DNA from: Xylanibacter ruminicola 23
GTDB lineage: Bacteria > Bacteroidota > Bacteroidia > Bacteroidales > Bacteroidaceae
NCBI RefSeq assembly: GCF_000025925.1
Contig: NC_014033.1
Span: forward strand, 1,170,001-1,202,000
DNA length: 32,000 nucleotides
Direction of reading: 5' to 3'
Shown here: positions 14,650 to 23,917 of the stretch, one piece after another
How the letters are laid out: each line of letters opens with the position of its first letter
Position numbering within the stretch: the first letter of the stretch is position 1
The notes under the pieces: model-generated
What the model saw: only the letters and a program-made list of their open reading frames with translations
The model's database searches: none
Told to the model about the DNA's origin: nothing
Program-made: the position numbers and the translations under genes

Positions 14650-17082
14650 ATGAAAGTATTGAAATTCGGCGGAACGTCCGTAGGTTCCGTAAAAAGCATT
14701 CTTAGCTTGAAAAAAATCGTTGAGACAGAGGCTCGGACGCAACCTGTCGTAGTAGTAGTTAGTGCGCTGGGCGGTATCACCGATAAGTTGATTGCCACAT
14801 CGCAGATGGCCCTGAAGGGTGACGACAAGTGGCGCGAGGAATTCGACGCTATGGTGACACGACATCACCAAATGATCGACACCATCATTACCGATGACAA
14901 AAAGCGCGTAGATTTATTCAATAAAGTGGATCAGCTGTTCGACCAGTTGAAGAGCATTTATTATGGCGTATATCTGATTCACGATCTCTCGAAAAAGACC
15001 GAAGATGCGATTGTAAGTTACGGCGAGCGTTTATCGTCGAACATCGTGGCCACACTCATTAAGGGTGGCAAGCGCATGAACAGTCGCGACTTTATCCGTA
15101 CAGAAAAAAAGAACGGCAAGCACCGTCTGGTGGCCGATTTGACCAACCAGCTGGTTCGCGAGGCGTTTAAAGATATGCCCGAGGTGGCTGTGGTACCTGG
15201 CTTTATCAGCCGTGATAAGGACACCAGCGAGACCACTAACCTGGGACGTGGCGGTAGCGATTACACAGCCGCCATCATTGCTGCAGCACTGGATGCCGAG
15301 GTGCTGGAGATCTGGACCGACGTGGATGGCTTTATGACGGCCGACCCACGTGTGATTAAGACTGCCTACACCATTAACGAACTGAGCTACATCGAGGCGA
15401 TGGAGCTGTGTAACTTTGGTGCCAAGGTAATCTATCCCCCAACCATCTACCCCGTTTGCGTAAAAAACATTCCCATTAAGGTTAAGAATACATTCAACCC
15501 CGAACACCCGGGCACGCTGATTAAGGATCATATTGAGAACGACCAGAAGCCTATTAAGGGTATCAGCAGCATTAAGGGTACCACGCTGATTACGGTTACC
15601 GGACTGTCGATGGTGGGTGTGATTGGTGTGAACCGACGCATTTTTACCACGCTGGCCAATAAGGGTATCAGTGTGTTCATGGTATCGCAGGCATCATCAG
15701 AGAACTCAACCTCAATCGGTGTGCGCGACGAGGATGCTGCCGATGCTGTAGAGGTGCTGAACGACGAGTTTGCCAAGGAGATTGAGACGGGCGCCATGTT
15801 CCCCATGCATGCCGAGAGCGGACTGGCCACCATCGCTATCGTGGGCGAGAACATGAAGCATACACCAGGTATTGCCGGAAAACTGTTTGGCACACTGGGC
15901 CGTAGCGGTATCAGCGTGATTGCCTGTGCACAGGGTGCTTCGGAGACCAACATCTCGTTTGTAGTGGATGGCAAGTTCCTGCGTAAGTCGCTCAACGTGC
16001 TGCACGACTCGTTCTTCCTCTCTGAGTACAAGGTGCTTAACCTGTTTATCTGCGGTGTGGGTACAGTGGGTGGCAAGCTGATTGAGCAGATTCGCAGTCA
16101 GTACGAAACGCTGATGCAGCGCAACGGACTGAAGTTGAACGTGGTGGGTATCGCCTCGTCGAAGGCTGGTATCTACGACCGCGATGGCATCGACCTGGAG
16201 AACTACCGTGAGCTGCTGAAGGCCCCCGAGGCGCAGGGTAAGAACCTACGCGACGAGGTGATCGGCATGAACATATTTAATAGCGTGTTTGTGGATTGTA
16301 CCGCCAGCAAGGATATTGCAGCGCTGTACCAATCGTTCCTGGAGCATAACATCAGCGTGATTGCAGCCAACAAACTGGCGGCTTCGAGCGATTACGCTAA
16401 CTATATGAAGCTGAAGAAGACGGCTCGCGACCGTGGTGTGTGGTTCCGTTACGAGACCAACGTGGGCGCTGGTCTGCCTATCATCGGCACCATCAACGAC
16501 CTGCGTAACTCGGGTGATAAGATCCTGAAAATCGAGGCTGTACTGAGTGGTACGCTGAACTTTATCTTTAACGAGATAGCTGCCGACGTGCCTTTCTCGG
16601 AGACGGTACGACGTGCCAAGGAGCAGGGCTACAGCGAGCCCGACCCACGTATCGACCTGAGTGGTACCGACGTGGTTCGCAAGCTGGTGATCCTGACCCG
16701 CGAGGCTGGCTACAAGGTGGAACAGGCCGACGTAGAGAAGCACCTGTTTGTGCCTAACGAGTACTTTGAGGGCAGCGTGGATGACTTCTGGAAGAAGTTG
16801 CCTGCACTAGATGCCGACTTTGAGGCTCGTAGACAGAAGTTGGAGGCCGAGGGTAAGCGTTGGCGTTTTGTGGCCACGATGGAGAATGGCGTAACGAATG
16901 TGGCGCTGCGCGAGGTGGATATCAACCATCCGTTCTATCGTCTGGAGGGCAGCAATAACATCGTGCTGCTAACCACTGAGCGCTACAAGGAGTACCCGAT
17001 GCTGATACAAGGATACGGTGCCGGCGCCAGCGTAACAGCAGCCGGAGTGTTCGCCAACATCATGAGCATCGCGAATATTTAA
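14650..17082 (+). CDS. thrA: Bifunctional aspartokinase / homoserine dehydrogenase I
   Basis: It has the MKVLKFGGTSVG kinase start, ACT-domain repeats and a C-terminal homoserine dehydrogenase domain (GVGTVGG NAD site, LSGTLNFIF). I chose the ATG at 14650 over the TTG at 14638. Confidence 0.95.
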   Translation: MKVLKFGGTSVGSVKSILSLKKIVETEARTQPVVVVVSALGGITDKLIATSQMALKGDDKWREEFDAMVTRHHQMIDTIITDDKKRVDLFNKVDQLFDQLKSIYYGVYLIHDLSKKTEDAIVSYGERLSSNIVATLIKGGKRMNSRDFIRTEKKNGKHRLVADLTNQLVREAFKDMPEVAVVPGFISRDKDTSETTNLGRGGSDYTAAIIAAALDAEVLEIWTDVDGFMTADPRVIKTAYTINELSYIEAMELCNFGAKVIYPPTIYPVCVKNIPIKVKNTFNPEHPGTLIKDHIENDQKPIKGISSIKGTTLITVTGLSMVGVIGVNRRIFTTLANKGISVFMVSQASSENSTSIGVRDEDAADAVEVLNDEFAKEIETGAMFPMHAESGLATIAIVGENMKHTPGIAGKLFGTLGRSGISVIACAQGASETNISFVVDGKFLRKSLNVLHDSFFLSEYKVLNLFICGVGTVGGKLIEQIRSQYETLMQRNGLKLNVVGIASSKAGIYDRDGIDLENYRELLKAPEAQGKNLRDEVIGMNIFNSVFVDCTASKDIAALYQSFLEHNISVIAANKLAASSDYANYMKLKKTARDRGVWFRYETNVGAGLPIIGTINDLRNSGDKILKIEAVLSGTLNFIFNEIAADVPFSETVRRAKEQGYSEPDPRIDLSGTDVVRKLVILTREAGYKVEQADVEKHLFVPNEYFEGSVDDFWKKLPALDADFEARRQKLEAEGKRWRFVATMENGVTNVALREVDINHPFYRLEGSNNIVLLTTERYKEYPMLIQGYGAGASVTAAGVFANIMSIANI

Positions 17083-17088
17083 TTTAGG

Positions 17089-17115
17089 CACGAATTACAC
17101 GAATAACACGAATTT
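17089..17115. repeat. 3 x 9-bp tandem repeat (CACGAATnn) in the thrA-downstream spacer
   Basis: The sequence is cacgaatta cacgaataa cacgaattt. The same CACGAAT word forms the htrA terminator stem at 22966-22992. Confidence 0.85.
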
Positions 17116-17120
17116 AAGAT

Positions 17121-18365
17121 ATGAAACACATTATTATACTTGGAGATGGAATGGCGGATTTGCCCGTAGAAAGATTAGGGGGAAAGACGCTACTACAATA
17201 TGCGGCGAAGCCGATGATGGACCAACTGGCAAAGGAGGGACGCTGCGGGCGACTGATTACGGTGCCCGAGGGATTTCCTCCTGGCAGCGAGGTGGCTAAC
17301 ACAGCGATTCTGGGTTACGACCTGAATAAGGTGTACGAGGGTCGCGGACCACTGGAGGCAGCCTCGATAGGCTACGAGATGGCCGACGACGATCTGGCAC
17401 TTCGCTGTAACATTATCAACCTGCAGGACGGTAAGATTATTACGCATAACGGCGGTAATCTGGAAACAGAGGATGCCCGCCTGCTGATTGACTATCTGAA
17501 CGAAACTCTGGCCAAGCCCATCAATGAAAGGGAGGGCTGCGAGCGCGTAAAGTTTATTACGGGCATACAATATCGCCACCTGCTGGTAATCAAGGGCGGC
17601 AACAAGCATATTACTTGCGCCCCACCCCATGATCATCCTAACGAAGAGTGGCGCCCACTGCTGGTAAAGGCTGATATACCCGAGGCACAGGAGACAGCCG
17701 AACTGCTGAACGAGCTGATTCTGAAATCGCAGGAGCTGCTGCCTAAGCACCCTTATAATCAGGCTAAGGCCGCTAAGGGCGAGCGACAGGCTAACAGCAT
17801 CTGGCCTTGGAGCGGTGGTTATCGTCCGTCGATGGAAACGCTGATGCAGCAGTACCCAGAGATTAAATCGGGTACGGTGATTTCGGCTGTGGATTTGATT
17901 CGCGGTATTGGTCACTACGCTGGCTTGAAGATTGTGGAAGTGGAAGGTGCTACCGGTTTGGCCGATACCAATTACGAGGGAAAGGCGCAGGCAGCAATCG
18001 AGGCGCTGGAGCACGACGACTTTGTGTTTGTACACGTTGAAGCCAGCGACGAAGCCGGACATGATGGCGACCTGGAACTGAAGTTGAAAACCATCGAGTA
18101 TCTGGACCAGCGACTCATCAAGCCCATCTACGAGCACATCCTTAAGATGAACAAGCCCGTATGCCTGGCAGTACTGCCCGACCATCTGACACCCGTTGAG
18201 ATGCGCATTCACGTGGGTCAGCCCGTGCCATTCCTGATTTGGCACAAAGGCATCGCCCCCGACGAGGTGCAGCAATACGACGAAGTTAGCTGCGTCAGTG
18301 GTTCATTCGGTTTGCTAAAACTCCAAGAGTTTATGCAAACCTTCATGAACATTGATAAAATGTAA
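17121..18365 (+). CDS. Cofactor-independent phosphoglycerate mutase homolog (archaeal ApgM type); context suggests the thr-operon homoserine kinase substitute
   Basis: MKHIIILGDGMAD...KTLLQYA, LRCN, FVFVHVEASDEAGHDGD and LPDHLTP are the metalloenzyme-superfamily motifs of ApgM-type proteins. The gene sits between thrA and thrC, and no thrB is present. Confidence 0.85.
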   Translation: MKHIIILGDGMADLPVERLGGKTLLQYAAKPMMDQLAKEGRCGRLITVPEGFPPGSEVANTAILGYDLNKVYEGRGPLEAASIGYEMADDDLALRCNIINLQDGKIITHNGGNLETEDARLLIDYLNETLAKPINEREGCERVKFITGIQYRHLLVIKGGNKHITCAPPHDHPNEEWRPLLVKADIPEAQETAELLNELILKSQELLPKHPYNQAKAAKGERQANSIWPWSGGYRPSMETLMQQYPEIKSGTVISAVDLIRGIGHYAGLKIVEVEGATGLADTNYEGKAQAAIEALEHDDFVFVHVEASDEAGHDGDLELKLKTIEYLDQRLIKPIYEHILKMNKPVCLAVLPDHLTPVEMRIHVGQPVPFLIWHKGIAPDEVQQYDEVSCVSGSFGLLKLQEFMQTFMNIDKM

Positions 18366-18439
18366 AAATGATAAAATGCAAAAATTAATTTTTACATTAT
18401 TAAATTTTTAAATTGTTACATTAACGAAATATCGAAGAT

Positions 18440-19762
18440 ATGAAGTACTATAGCACCAACGGCAAGGCTCCTATTGCCGACCTGCACAAAGCAGTAGTTA
18501 AGGGACTGGCTGAGGATCGCGGACTGTATATGCCCGAGCGTATCAACAAGTTGCCCCAGGAGTTTTTCGACAACATCGAGAAAATGAGTTTTCAGGAGAT
18601 TGCCTACACCGTAGCCAGCGCTTTCTTTGGCGAGGATGTAGATCCTGATGCCCTGCATGATATTGTGTACGACACCTTGGCATTCGATTGCCCAGTGGTG
18701 AACGTAAAAGACAATATTTACACCTTGGAGTTGTTCCACGGTCCTACCCTCGCCTTTAAGGATGTGGGTGCCCGTTTTATGGCGCGCTTGCTGCAGTACT
18801 TCATCAAGCAGGAGTCAGGTCATAAGCAGGTGAACGTGCTGGTTGCTACCAGCGGCGATACCGGTTCGGCTGTGGCCAACGGATTCTTGGGTGTTGAGGG
18901 TATCCACGTGTACGTGCTGTATCCCAAGGGCAAGGTAAGTCCTATCCAGGAGTGCCAGTTTACCACACTGGGTAAGAACATCACCGCTATCGAGGTGGAT
19001 GGTGTGTTCGACGATTGTCAGGCGCTGGTAAAGAATGCCTTTATGGATGCCGAACTGAACGAGCACATGAAGCTGACATCGGCCAACTCAATCAACGTGG
19101 CCCGTTTTCTGCCCCAGGCATTCTACTACTTTAATGCCTACGCCCGCATGAAAGAAAATGCAAAAATTGAAAAATGTAATAATGTAAATAATCTGGTGAT
19201 GTGCGTGCCATCAGGAAACTTCGGAAATATCTGTGCAGCGCTGTTCGGCCATGAGATGGGACTGCCCATCAAGCGATTCATCGCAGCCAACAATGCCAAC
19301 GATATCTTCTACAAGTATCTGCAGACTGGCAAATACGAGCCTAAGCCATCGAAGCAGACTCTGGCTAATGCGATGGACGTAGGCGATCCTTCGAACTTTG
19401 CCCGTATCTACGACCTGTACGATAAGAGTCACGAGAAGATTAGCGCGCTGATTAGCGGTGCTACCTATAGCGACGAGCAGATTCGCGAAACCATGCGCGA
19501 GTGCTACAAAGCTTCGGGTTATATCCTGGATCCTCATGGTGCTTGCGGCTATCAGGCTTTGGCCGACGGACTGCAGGCTGGCGAGGTTGGTGTGTTCTGC
19601 GAAACAGCCCACCCAGCTAAGTTTAAGGAGAAGGTGGATGAGATTCTGGGCATCGACGTAGAAATACCTGAGCGCTTGGCTGCCTTTATGCGTGGCGAAA
19701 AGCAAAGCGTGGCCATGAGTAAGGACTTTGCAGACTTTAAAGATTATCTCATGCATCAATAA
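18440..19762 (+). CDS. thrC: Threonine synthase
   Basis: It has the PLP lysine context GPTLAFKDVGARF plus ATSGDTGSA and VPSGNFGN, collinear with E. coli ThrC. Confidence 0.95.
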   Translation: MKYYSTNGKAPIADLHKAVVKGLAEDRGLYMPERINKLPQEFFDNIEKMSFQEIAYTVASAFFGEDVDPDALHDIVYDTLAFDCPVVNVKDNIYTLELFHGPTLAFKDVGARFMARLLQYFIKQESGHKQVNVLVATSGDTGSAVANGFLGVEGIHVYVLYPKGKVSPIQECQFTTLGKNITAIEVDGVFDDCQALVKNAFMDAELNEHMKLTSANSINVARFLPQAFYYFNAYARMKENAKIEKCNNVNNLVMCVPSGNFGNICAALFGHEMGLPIKRFIAANNANDIFYKYLQTGKYEPKPSKQTLANAMDVGDPSNFARIYDLYDKSHEKISALISGATYSDEQIRETMRECYKASGYILDPHGACGYQALADGLQAGEVGVFCETAHPAKFKEKVDEILGIDVEIPERLAAFMRGEKQSVAMSKDFADFKDYLMHQ

Positions 19763-19843
19763 TTTAGCAACGGACAACAGGACTAACAGGTTGGATTTAT
19801 CCTAAGAAAAAAATCCTAAAGTCGTGTAGTCCGTTGCCAAAAA

Positions 19844-20767
19844 TCAAAGTGAATCGAGGCGGTCGGAGTATAATGCTCTGGCCGCTTCGTTTGTTTCGTC
19901 ATCGGTCATATCAACCAGCGGATGCATGTTAATCTCATCGAGGTTGATACCAATACGATCCAGATTCTGGTTGGTAAACGTGAGCTGTGCACCAAACAAA
20001 CAGATGGTCCACGATATCTGCAGCCACAGCATAAACAATGGCAGGGCGGCAAACGATCCGTAGATGGCGTTGTAACCTGTTACCCAAATCTGCGAGTGGA
20101 TGTAGAACAACTGCAGCAGCTGCATGGCCACACCCGACAGGATGCCTGGCACAATGGCGCTTTTAATCTTTACGTCGGTATTGGGCATATATACGTAAAG
20201 ACCTACAAACAGCAGAGAGAGCAGCAGATAAGGTGAGAAATCGAGCAGATAGCGTACAGCGCGACCCAAGATAACCACACCATCGGTATGCTGCGCAATG
20301 GTGGCCATGAAGATGGAAAGACCCATCGACACCACAATGATGATGGGGAATACAAAGAACATGGCCATATAATTGGTAAGCGATCGCATAATGGGGCGCG
20401 CATTGCTTACCTGCCATATCTCGTTAAACGTTTCCTCAACATTGTTTACCAGCATCAACACCGTGTAGAGCATAAACAGCAAGCCCACACCCAGGAAGAT
20501 ACCACTCTGCGTGTGGATGAGGTAACTGTTGACAAAGTCGGTCAGGATATCGGCCACCTGCGGCTGCGACGATAAGGCATCGCGAAACCATATCTCGATA
20601 TACTTATTATAACCAAAGCCGCGGGCAATGGCAAAGATAACCGCCAGGATGGGTACGATGGCCAGCAAGGTGCTGTAAGTAAGAGCCGACGCCTGCGTCA
20701 TCACTCGTTTCGTAGTAAAGAAACGAATGGTGAGAACAAGTGTACGGTATATCTTTTTGAGTGTCAT
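19844..20767 (-). CDS. YihY/BrkB (formerly 'ribonuclease BN') family inner-membrane protein
   Basis: SALTYSTLLAIVPILAVIFAI... followed by six TM segments is typical of the YihY family. I preferred the ATG at 20767 over the TTG at 20776. Confidence 0.85.
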   Translation of the reverse strand: MTLKKIYRTLVLTIRFFTTKRVMTQASALTYSTLLAIVPILAVIFAIARGFGYNKYIEIWFRDALSSQPQVADILTDFVNSYLIHTQSGIFLGVGLLFMLYTVLMLVNNVEETFNEIWQVSNARPIMRSLTNYMAMFFVFPIIIVVSMGLSIFMATIAQHTDGVVILGRAVRYLLDFSPYLLLSLLFVGLYVYMPNTDVKIKSAIVPGILSGVAMQLLQLFYIHSQIWVTGYNAIYGSFAALPLFMLWLQISWTICLFGAQLTFTNQNLDRIGINLDEINMHPLVDMTDDETNEAARALYSDRLDSL

Positions 20768-20782
20768 AATTATCAAAAAAAA

Positions 20783-21153
20783 GCACTGCCCCTATAAGCC
20801 GGGTTCTGTACCATGCAGGCATGGCGTTTGTCATTTATCTAGTCCATGAGTCACCCCATGGCTCAAGCGTTCTACCCTCCATCGTGACTTGCGTCGTTGG
20901 GCAGGCAACCCTCAGACGATGGTATACATGAACTTGCAGCCTCCAGTCGACACAGCCCAACGATCACCCGCTGGCTGGTGGTCTCTTACACCACCTTCTC
21001 ACCCTTACCTCAAAAAACTGAGGCGGTCGTTCTCTTCTGCCGGCACCTACTGTCACCAATAGCTTCTACTTTCAGAAGTGGAGCGCCTTATGCTGCCCGG
21101 ACTTTCCTCTCGCGCGACCTTTCAGAAGCGCCAGCGACAAACCGTTGCAGTGC
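20783..21153 (-). ncRNA. rnpB: RNase P RNA, bacterial type A
   Basis: The minus strand carries GAGAGGAAAGUCCGGGC (about 21097-21113), GGUAAGGGUGAGAAGGUGGUGUAAGAGACCACC and ACAGAACCCGGCUUAUAGG. P1 pairs GCACUGC (5', 21147-21153) with GCAGUGC (3', 20783-20789). A TAacTTTG -7 box lies at 21166-21173. Confidence 0.92.
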
Positions 21154-21379
21154 GTTTTCTGCGTGCAAAGTTAGCAATAAAATTCATAAATCACGAATAA
21201 TATGCACAAAATTATACTCATAATTAAAAATAAGCAATTAAAATCATAATAAATACTTAAATTTGTCAGTAATTTAAGATTTTGAGTGTTAATCGCAAAT
21301 GCTCGTTAAGCTTTTATGCCTAATTGTTAAATTGGGACAAATCTTTGCGTCAAATTGTCAGTATTTAAAATAATGCACT

Positions 21380-21387
21380 TATTTTTG
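21380..21387 (+). promoter_or_regulatory. -7 box TAttTTTG for the HtrA-family gene
   Basis: tatttttg lies about 55 nt upstream of the ATG at 21441. Confidence 0.5.
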
Positions 21388-21440
21388 CACCATCAAAACG
21401 TGAAAGGAAACCTGAATGTAGAATTTAAAACATTAAAAAA

Positions 21441-22946
21441 ATGAATGAGAATATGAAAAAGATCGTAAATGCAGCAACTCCCGCCGTATGCGCTGTTGCT
21501 TTGACTCTTTCAGTAGTAGCATTCGCTAACTCTAACGCAGCTACTGCTCCAGCTCCTATCGTTACATCGGCTCCAGCAGCACCAGCTGGTCAGCCAGTAG
21601 ACCTTACCTATGCAGCCGAGAAAGCGCTGCCAGCGGTGGTTTACATCAAGAACACCCAGAACTCAAAGATTGAGACCGTTGAGTATAGCGATCCGTTTGA
21701 GGATTTCTTCTCTGATCCATTCGGCGGTTTCTTTGGTCGTGGTCAGGGCAACGGTGGCCGTCGCCAGCGCCAGGTGCAGACACCTAAGCGCGCTGCTGCC
21801 GGTTCGGGTGTGATTATCTCGGCCGATGGTTATATCGTAACCAACAACCACGTGGTAGATGGTGCCGACGAGTTGACCGTTAGCTTGAACGAGGGTTCGA
21901 AGGAGTATTCGGCTCGCGTGATTGGTGCCGACAAGACCACCGACCTGGCGCTGATTAAGATCGACGGTAAGAACCTGCCTGCTATCGCTATCGCTAACAG
22001 CGACGATGTAAAGGTAGGCGAATGGGTTCTGGCTGTAGGTAACCCACTCGGACTTAACAACACTGTAACTGCAGGTATCATCTCGGCCAAGGCCCGTACA
22101 CTGGGTGCCAACGGCGTAGAGAGCTTTATACAGACCGATGCCGCCATCAACCAGGGTAACTCTGGTGGTGCGCTGGTAAATACCCGTGGCGAACTGGTTG
22201 GTATCAACGCCATGCTGGCCTCGCCTACTGGTTCTAACATCGGTTACGGATTCGCTATCCCAACAGCTATCATGAACAAGGTGGTTGACGACCTGAAGCA
22301 GTATGGTAACGTACAGCGCGCCATGATTGGTATTCAGGGTAGCGACGTGAAGAGCTACGTTGACAACCAGAAGGATAACGGCAAGGAGATCGACCTGGGT
22401 ACTATGGAAGGTATCTATGTGGCTAAGGTGGTAGAAGACGGTGCTGCCGAGGCTGCCGGACTGAAGGAAGGCGACGTGATTACATCTATCGACGGCAAGA
22501 AGGTGACATCGTTCGGCGAGCTGCAGGGTGTGCTGGCCAAGAAGCGCCCAGGCGACAAGGTGGCTATCACCTATCTGCGCGCCAAGAAGAGCCACAACGC
22601 TACTCTTACACTGAAGAACGAGCAGGGCAACACCAAGGTGGTGAAGAATGCTGATACCGACGTGCTGGGTGCCGACTTCCGACCCATTACCGATGCCCAG
22701 AAGAAGCAGTTGGAGATTAACTATGGTCTGGAGGTAGTAAAGGTTAACGGCGGAAAGATGAAGGATGCCGGCGTACCAAAGGGATTCATCATCCAGCGCG
22801 TGAACGATGAGCCAATGCATACCTTCGACGACCTGCAGAATGCCGTGAAGGAGGCCAACAACTCTAAGGATCAGATGCTGGTTATCCGCGGTATCTTCCC
22901 AACAGGTAAAAAGGGTGGTTTTGTAGTATATCTGCAGAACGAATAA
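21441..22946 (+). CDS. htrA: Periplasmic serine endoprotease, HtrA/DegP/DegQ (Do) family, two PDZ domains
   Basis: It has a signal peptide and a catalytic triad in the contexts TNNHVV, DLALIKI and GNSGGALVN, followed by two PDZ-like segments. Confidence 0.9.
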   Translation: MNENMKKIVNAATPAVCAVALTLSVVAFANSNAATAPAPIVTSAPAAPAGQPVDLTYAAEKALPAVVYIKNTQNSKIETVEYSDPFEDFFSDPFGGFFGRGQGNGGRRQRQVQTPKRAAAGSGVIISADGYIVTNNHVVDGADELTVSLNEGSKEYSARVIGADKTTDLALIKIDGKNLPAIAIANSDDVKVGEWVLAVGNPLGLNNTVTAGIISAKARTLGANGVESFIQTDAAINQGNSGGALVNTRGELVGINAMLASPTGSNIGYGFAIPTAIMNKVVDDLKQYGNVQRAMIGIQGSDVKSYVDNQKDNGKEIDLGTMEGIYVAKVVEDGAAEAAGLKEGDVITSIDGKKVTSFGELQGVLAKKRPGDKVAITYLRAKKSHNATLTLKNEQGNTKVVKNADTDVLGADFRPITDAQKKQLEINYGLEVVKVNGGKMKDAGVPKGFIIQRVNDEPMHTFDDLQNAVKEANNSKDQMLVIRGIFPTGKKGGFVVYLQNE

Positions 22947-22965
22947 GCACAAATAGATAAAAAAG

Positions 22966-22999
22966 AGCCACGAATGATTAAAATTCGTGGCTTTTTTTT
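22966..22999 (+). terminator. Intrinsic terminator of htrA
   Basis: AGCCACGAAT-gattaaa-ATTCGTGGCT is followed by T8. Confidence 0.85.
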
Positions 23000-23020
23000 G
23001 GTTGTTTCAGGAAAAAGTCT

Positions 23021-23028
23021 TACTTTTG
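23021..23028 (+). promoter_or_regulatory. -7 box TActTTTG for the sigma factor gene
   Basis: tacttttg lies about 30 nt upstream of the ATG at 23057. Confidence 0.55.
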
Positions 23029-23056
23029 CGGCCAACTTAAACATATTATTACCACG

Positions 23057-23917
23057 ATGAGACAACTAAAGATCACTAAATCTATAACCAACCGTGAGAG
23101 TGCGGCTCTGGAAAAGTATCTACAAGAGATTAGTAAGGAGACCATGATCTCGGCTGAGGAAGAGGTTGAATTGGCACAGCGCATAAAAAAAGGAGACACT
23201 AAAGCGTTGGAGCGATTAACGAAGGCTAACCTTCGTTTCGTGGTATCTGTGGCTAAGCAATATCAGAATCAGGGATTGTCGCTGCCCGATCTGATTAACG
23301 AAGGCAATTTAGGATTGCTGAAAGCGGCCGAACGTTTCGACGAGACACGCGGCTTCAAGTTCATCTCGTATGCCGTATGGTGGATACGTCAGAGCATTCT
23401 GCAGGCCATCTCAGAGCAGAGTCGTATCGTACGACTGCCCCTGAACCAGGTGGGATCGGTAAACAAAATCAATCGTGAGATAAACCGATTTGAGCAGCTT
23501 AACGAGCGCCGCCCATCGGTAGATGAGATAGCCGAGAAAGTGGATTTGCCACAAGAAAAGATTGACGAGGCGATGGCCATTAACGGGCACCAGATTAGTG
23601 TGGATGCACCGTTTGTTGAGGGCGAAGACAACAGCTTGCTCGACGTGATGGCCAACAGCGATGCCCCACTGGCCGATAACCAGTTGGTTGAGGAGTCGCT
23701 GAAATCGGAGATACAAAACGCCCTGAGTGCCCTGAACGAGCGCGAGCGCAACGTGGTAGAGGCATCGTACGGCATTAACCAGCCCGAGCTGACACTCGAG
23801 GAGATTGGTACCAAGTTTGGATTAACCCGTGAACGCGTACGTCAGATAAAAGAAAAGGCTATCCGCAAGCTAAGAAACAGCAAAGCGAATAAATTTTTAA
23901 AGACATATTTAGGATAA
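23057..23917 (+). CDS. rpoD: Primary RNA polymerase sigma factor (short Bacteroidetes SigA/RpoD, lacking region 1.1)
   Basis: It has region 2 ([48 protein letters not shown]), region 3, and region 4 ([29 protein letters not shown]). Its 286 aa match the known short Bacteroides sigma-A. Confidence 0.9.
   Translation: MRQLKITKSITNRESAALEKYLQEISKETMISAEEEVELAQRIKKGDTKALERLTKANLRFVVSVAKQYQNQGLSLPDLINEGNLGLLKAAERFDETRGFKFISYAVWWIRQSILQAISEQSRIVRLPLNQVGSVNKINREINRFEQLNERRPSVDEIAEKVDLPQEKIDEAMAINGHQISVDAPFVEGEDNSLLDVMANSDAPLADNQLVEESLKSEIQNALSALNERERNVVEASYGINQPELTLEEIGTKFGLTRERVRQIKEKAIRKLRNSKANKFLKTYLG

Noticed and set aside
14594-14653. 19-codon upstream ORF (MKPCLFKGTAKGKINCIGI) whose stop overlaps the thrA ATG; considered as a thr attenuator leader peptide
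   Set aside because: It has only one Thr and two Ile, unlike the Thr/Ile-rich leader of enterobacterial thrL. No terminator/antiterminator pair is visible, and the ATG would lie only about 6 nt from the predicted transcription start.
19767-19837. 9-bp inverted repeat GCAACGGAC/GTCCGTTGC with a ~50-nt loop between thrC and the yihY-family gene, considered as a bidirectional terminator
   Set aside because: The loop is long and neither strand has a proper U-tract directly after the stem. It may still act as a weak terminator together with the inner GGATTT..AAATCC hairpin, but I cannot support a confident call.
20897-21223. 108-aa plus-strand ORF
   Set aside because: It lies entirely opposite the RNase P RNA gene, whose conserved elements and P1 pairing explain the sequence.
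21663-22952. 429-aa ORF antisense to htrA. Similar long antisense ORFs are 17193-18275 (360 aa, opposite the PGM-like gene), 12779-13603 (274 aa, opposite the tlpA-like gene), 19211-19777 (opposite thrC), and 8850-9416 and 11016-11468 (opposite the MscS gene).
   Set aside because: The sense strands carry unambiguous family motifs. The antisense products are Leu/Val/His/Gln/Arg-rich with no motifs. Such long open antisense frames are a known by-product of codon bias in the sense gene.
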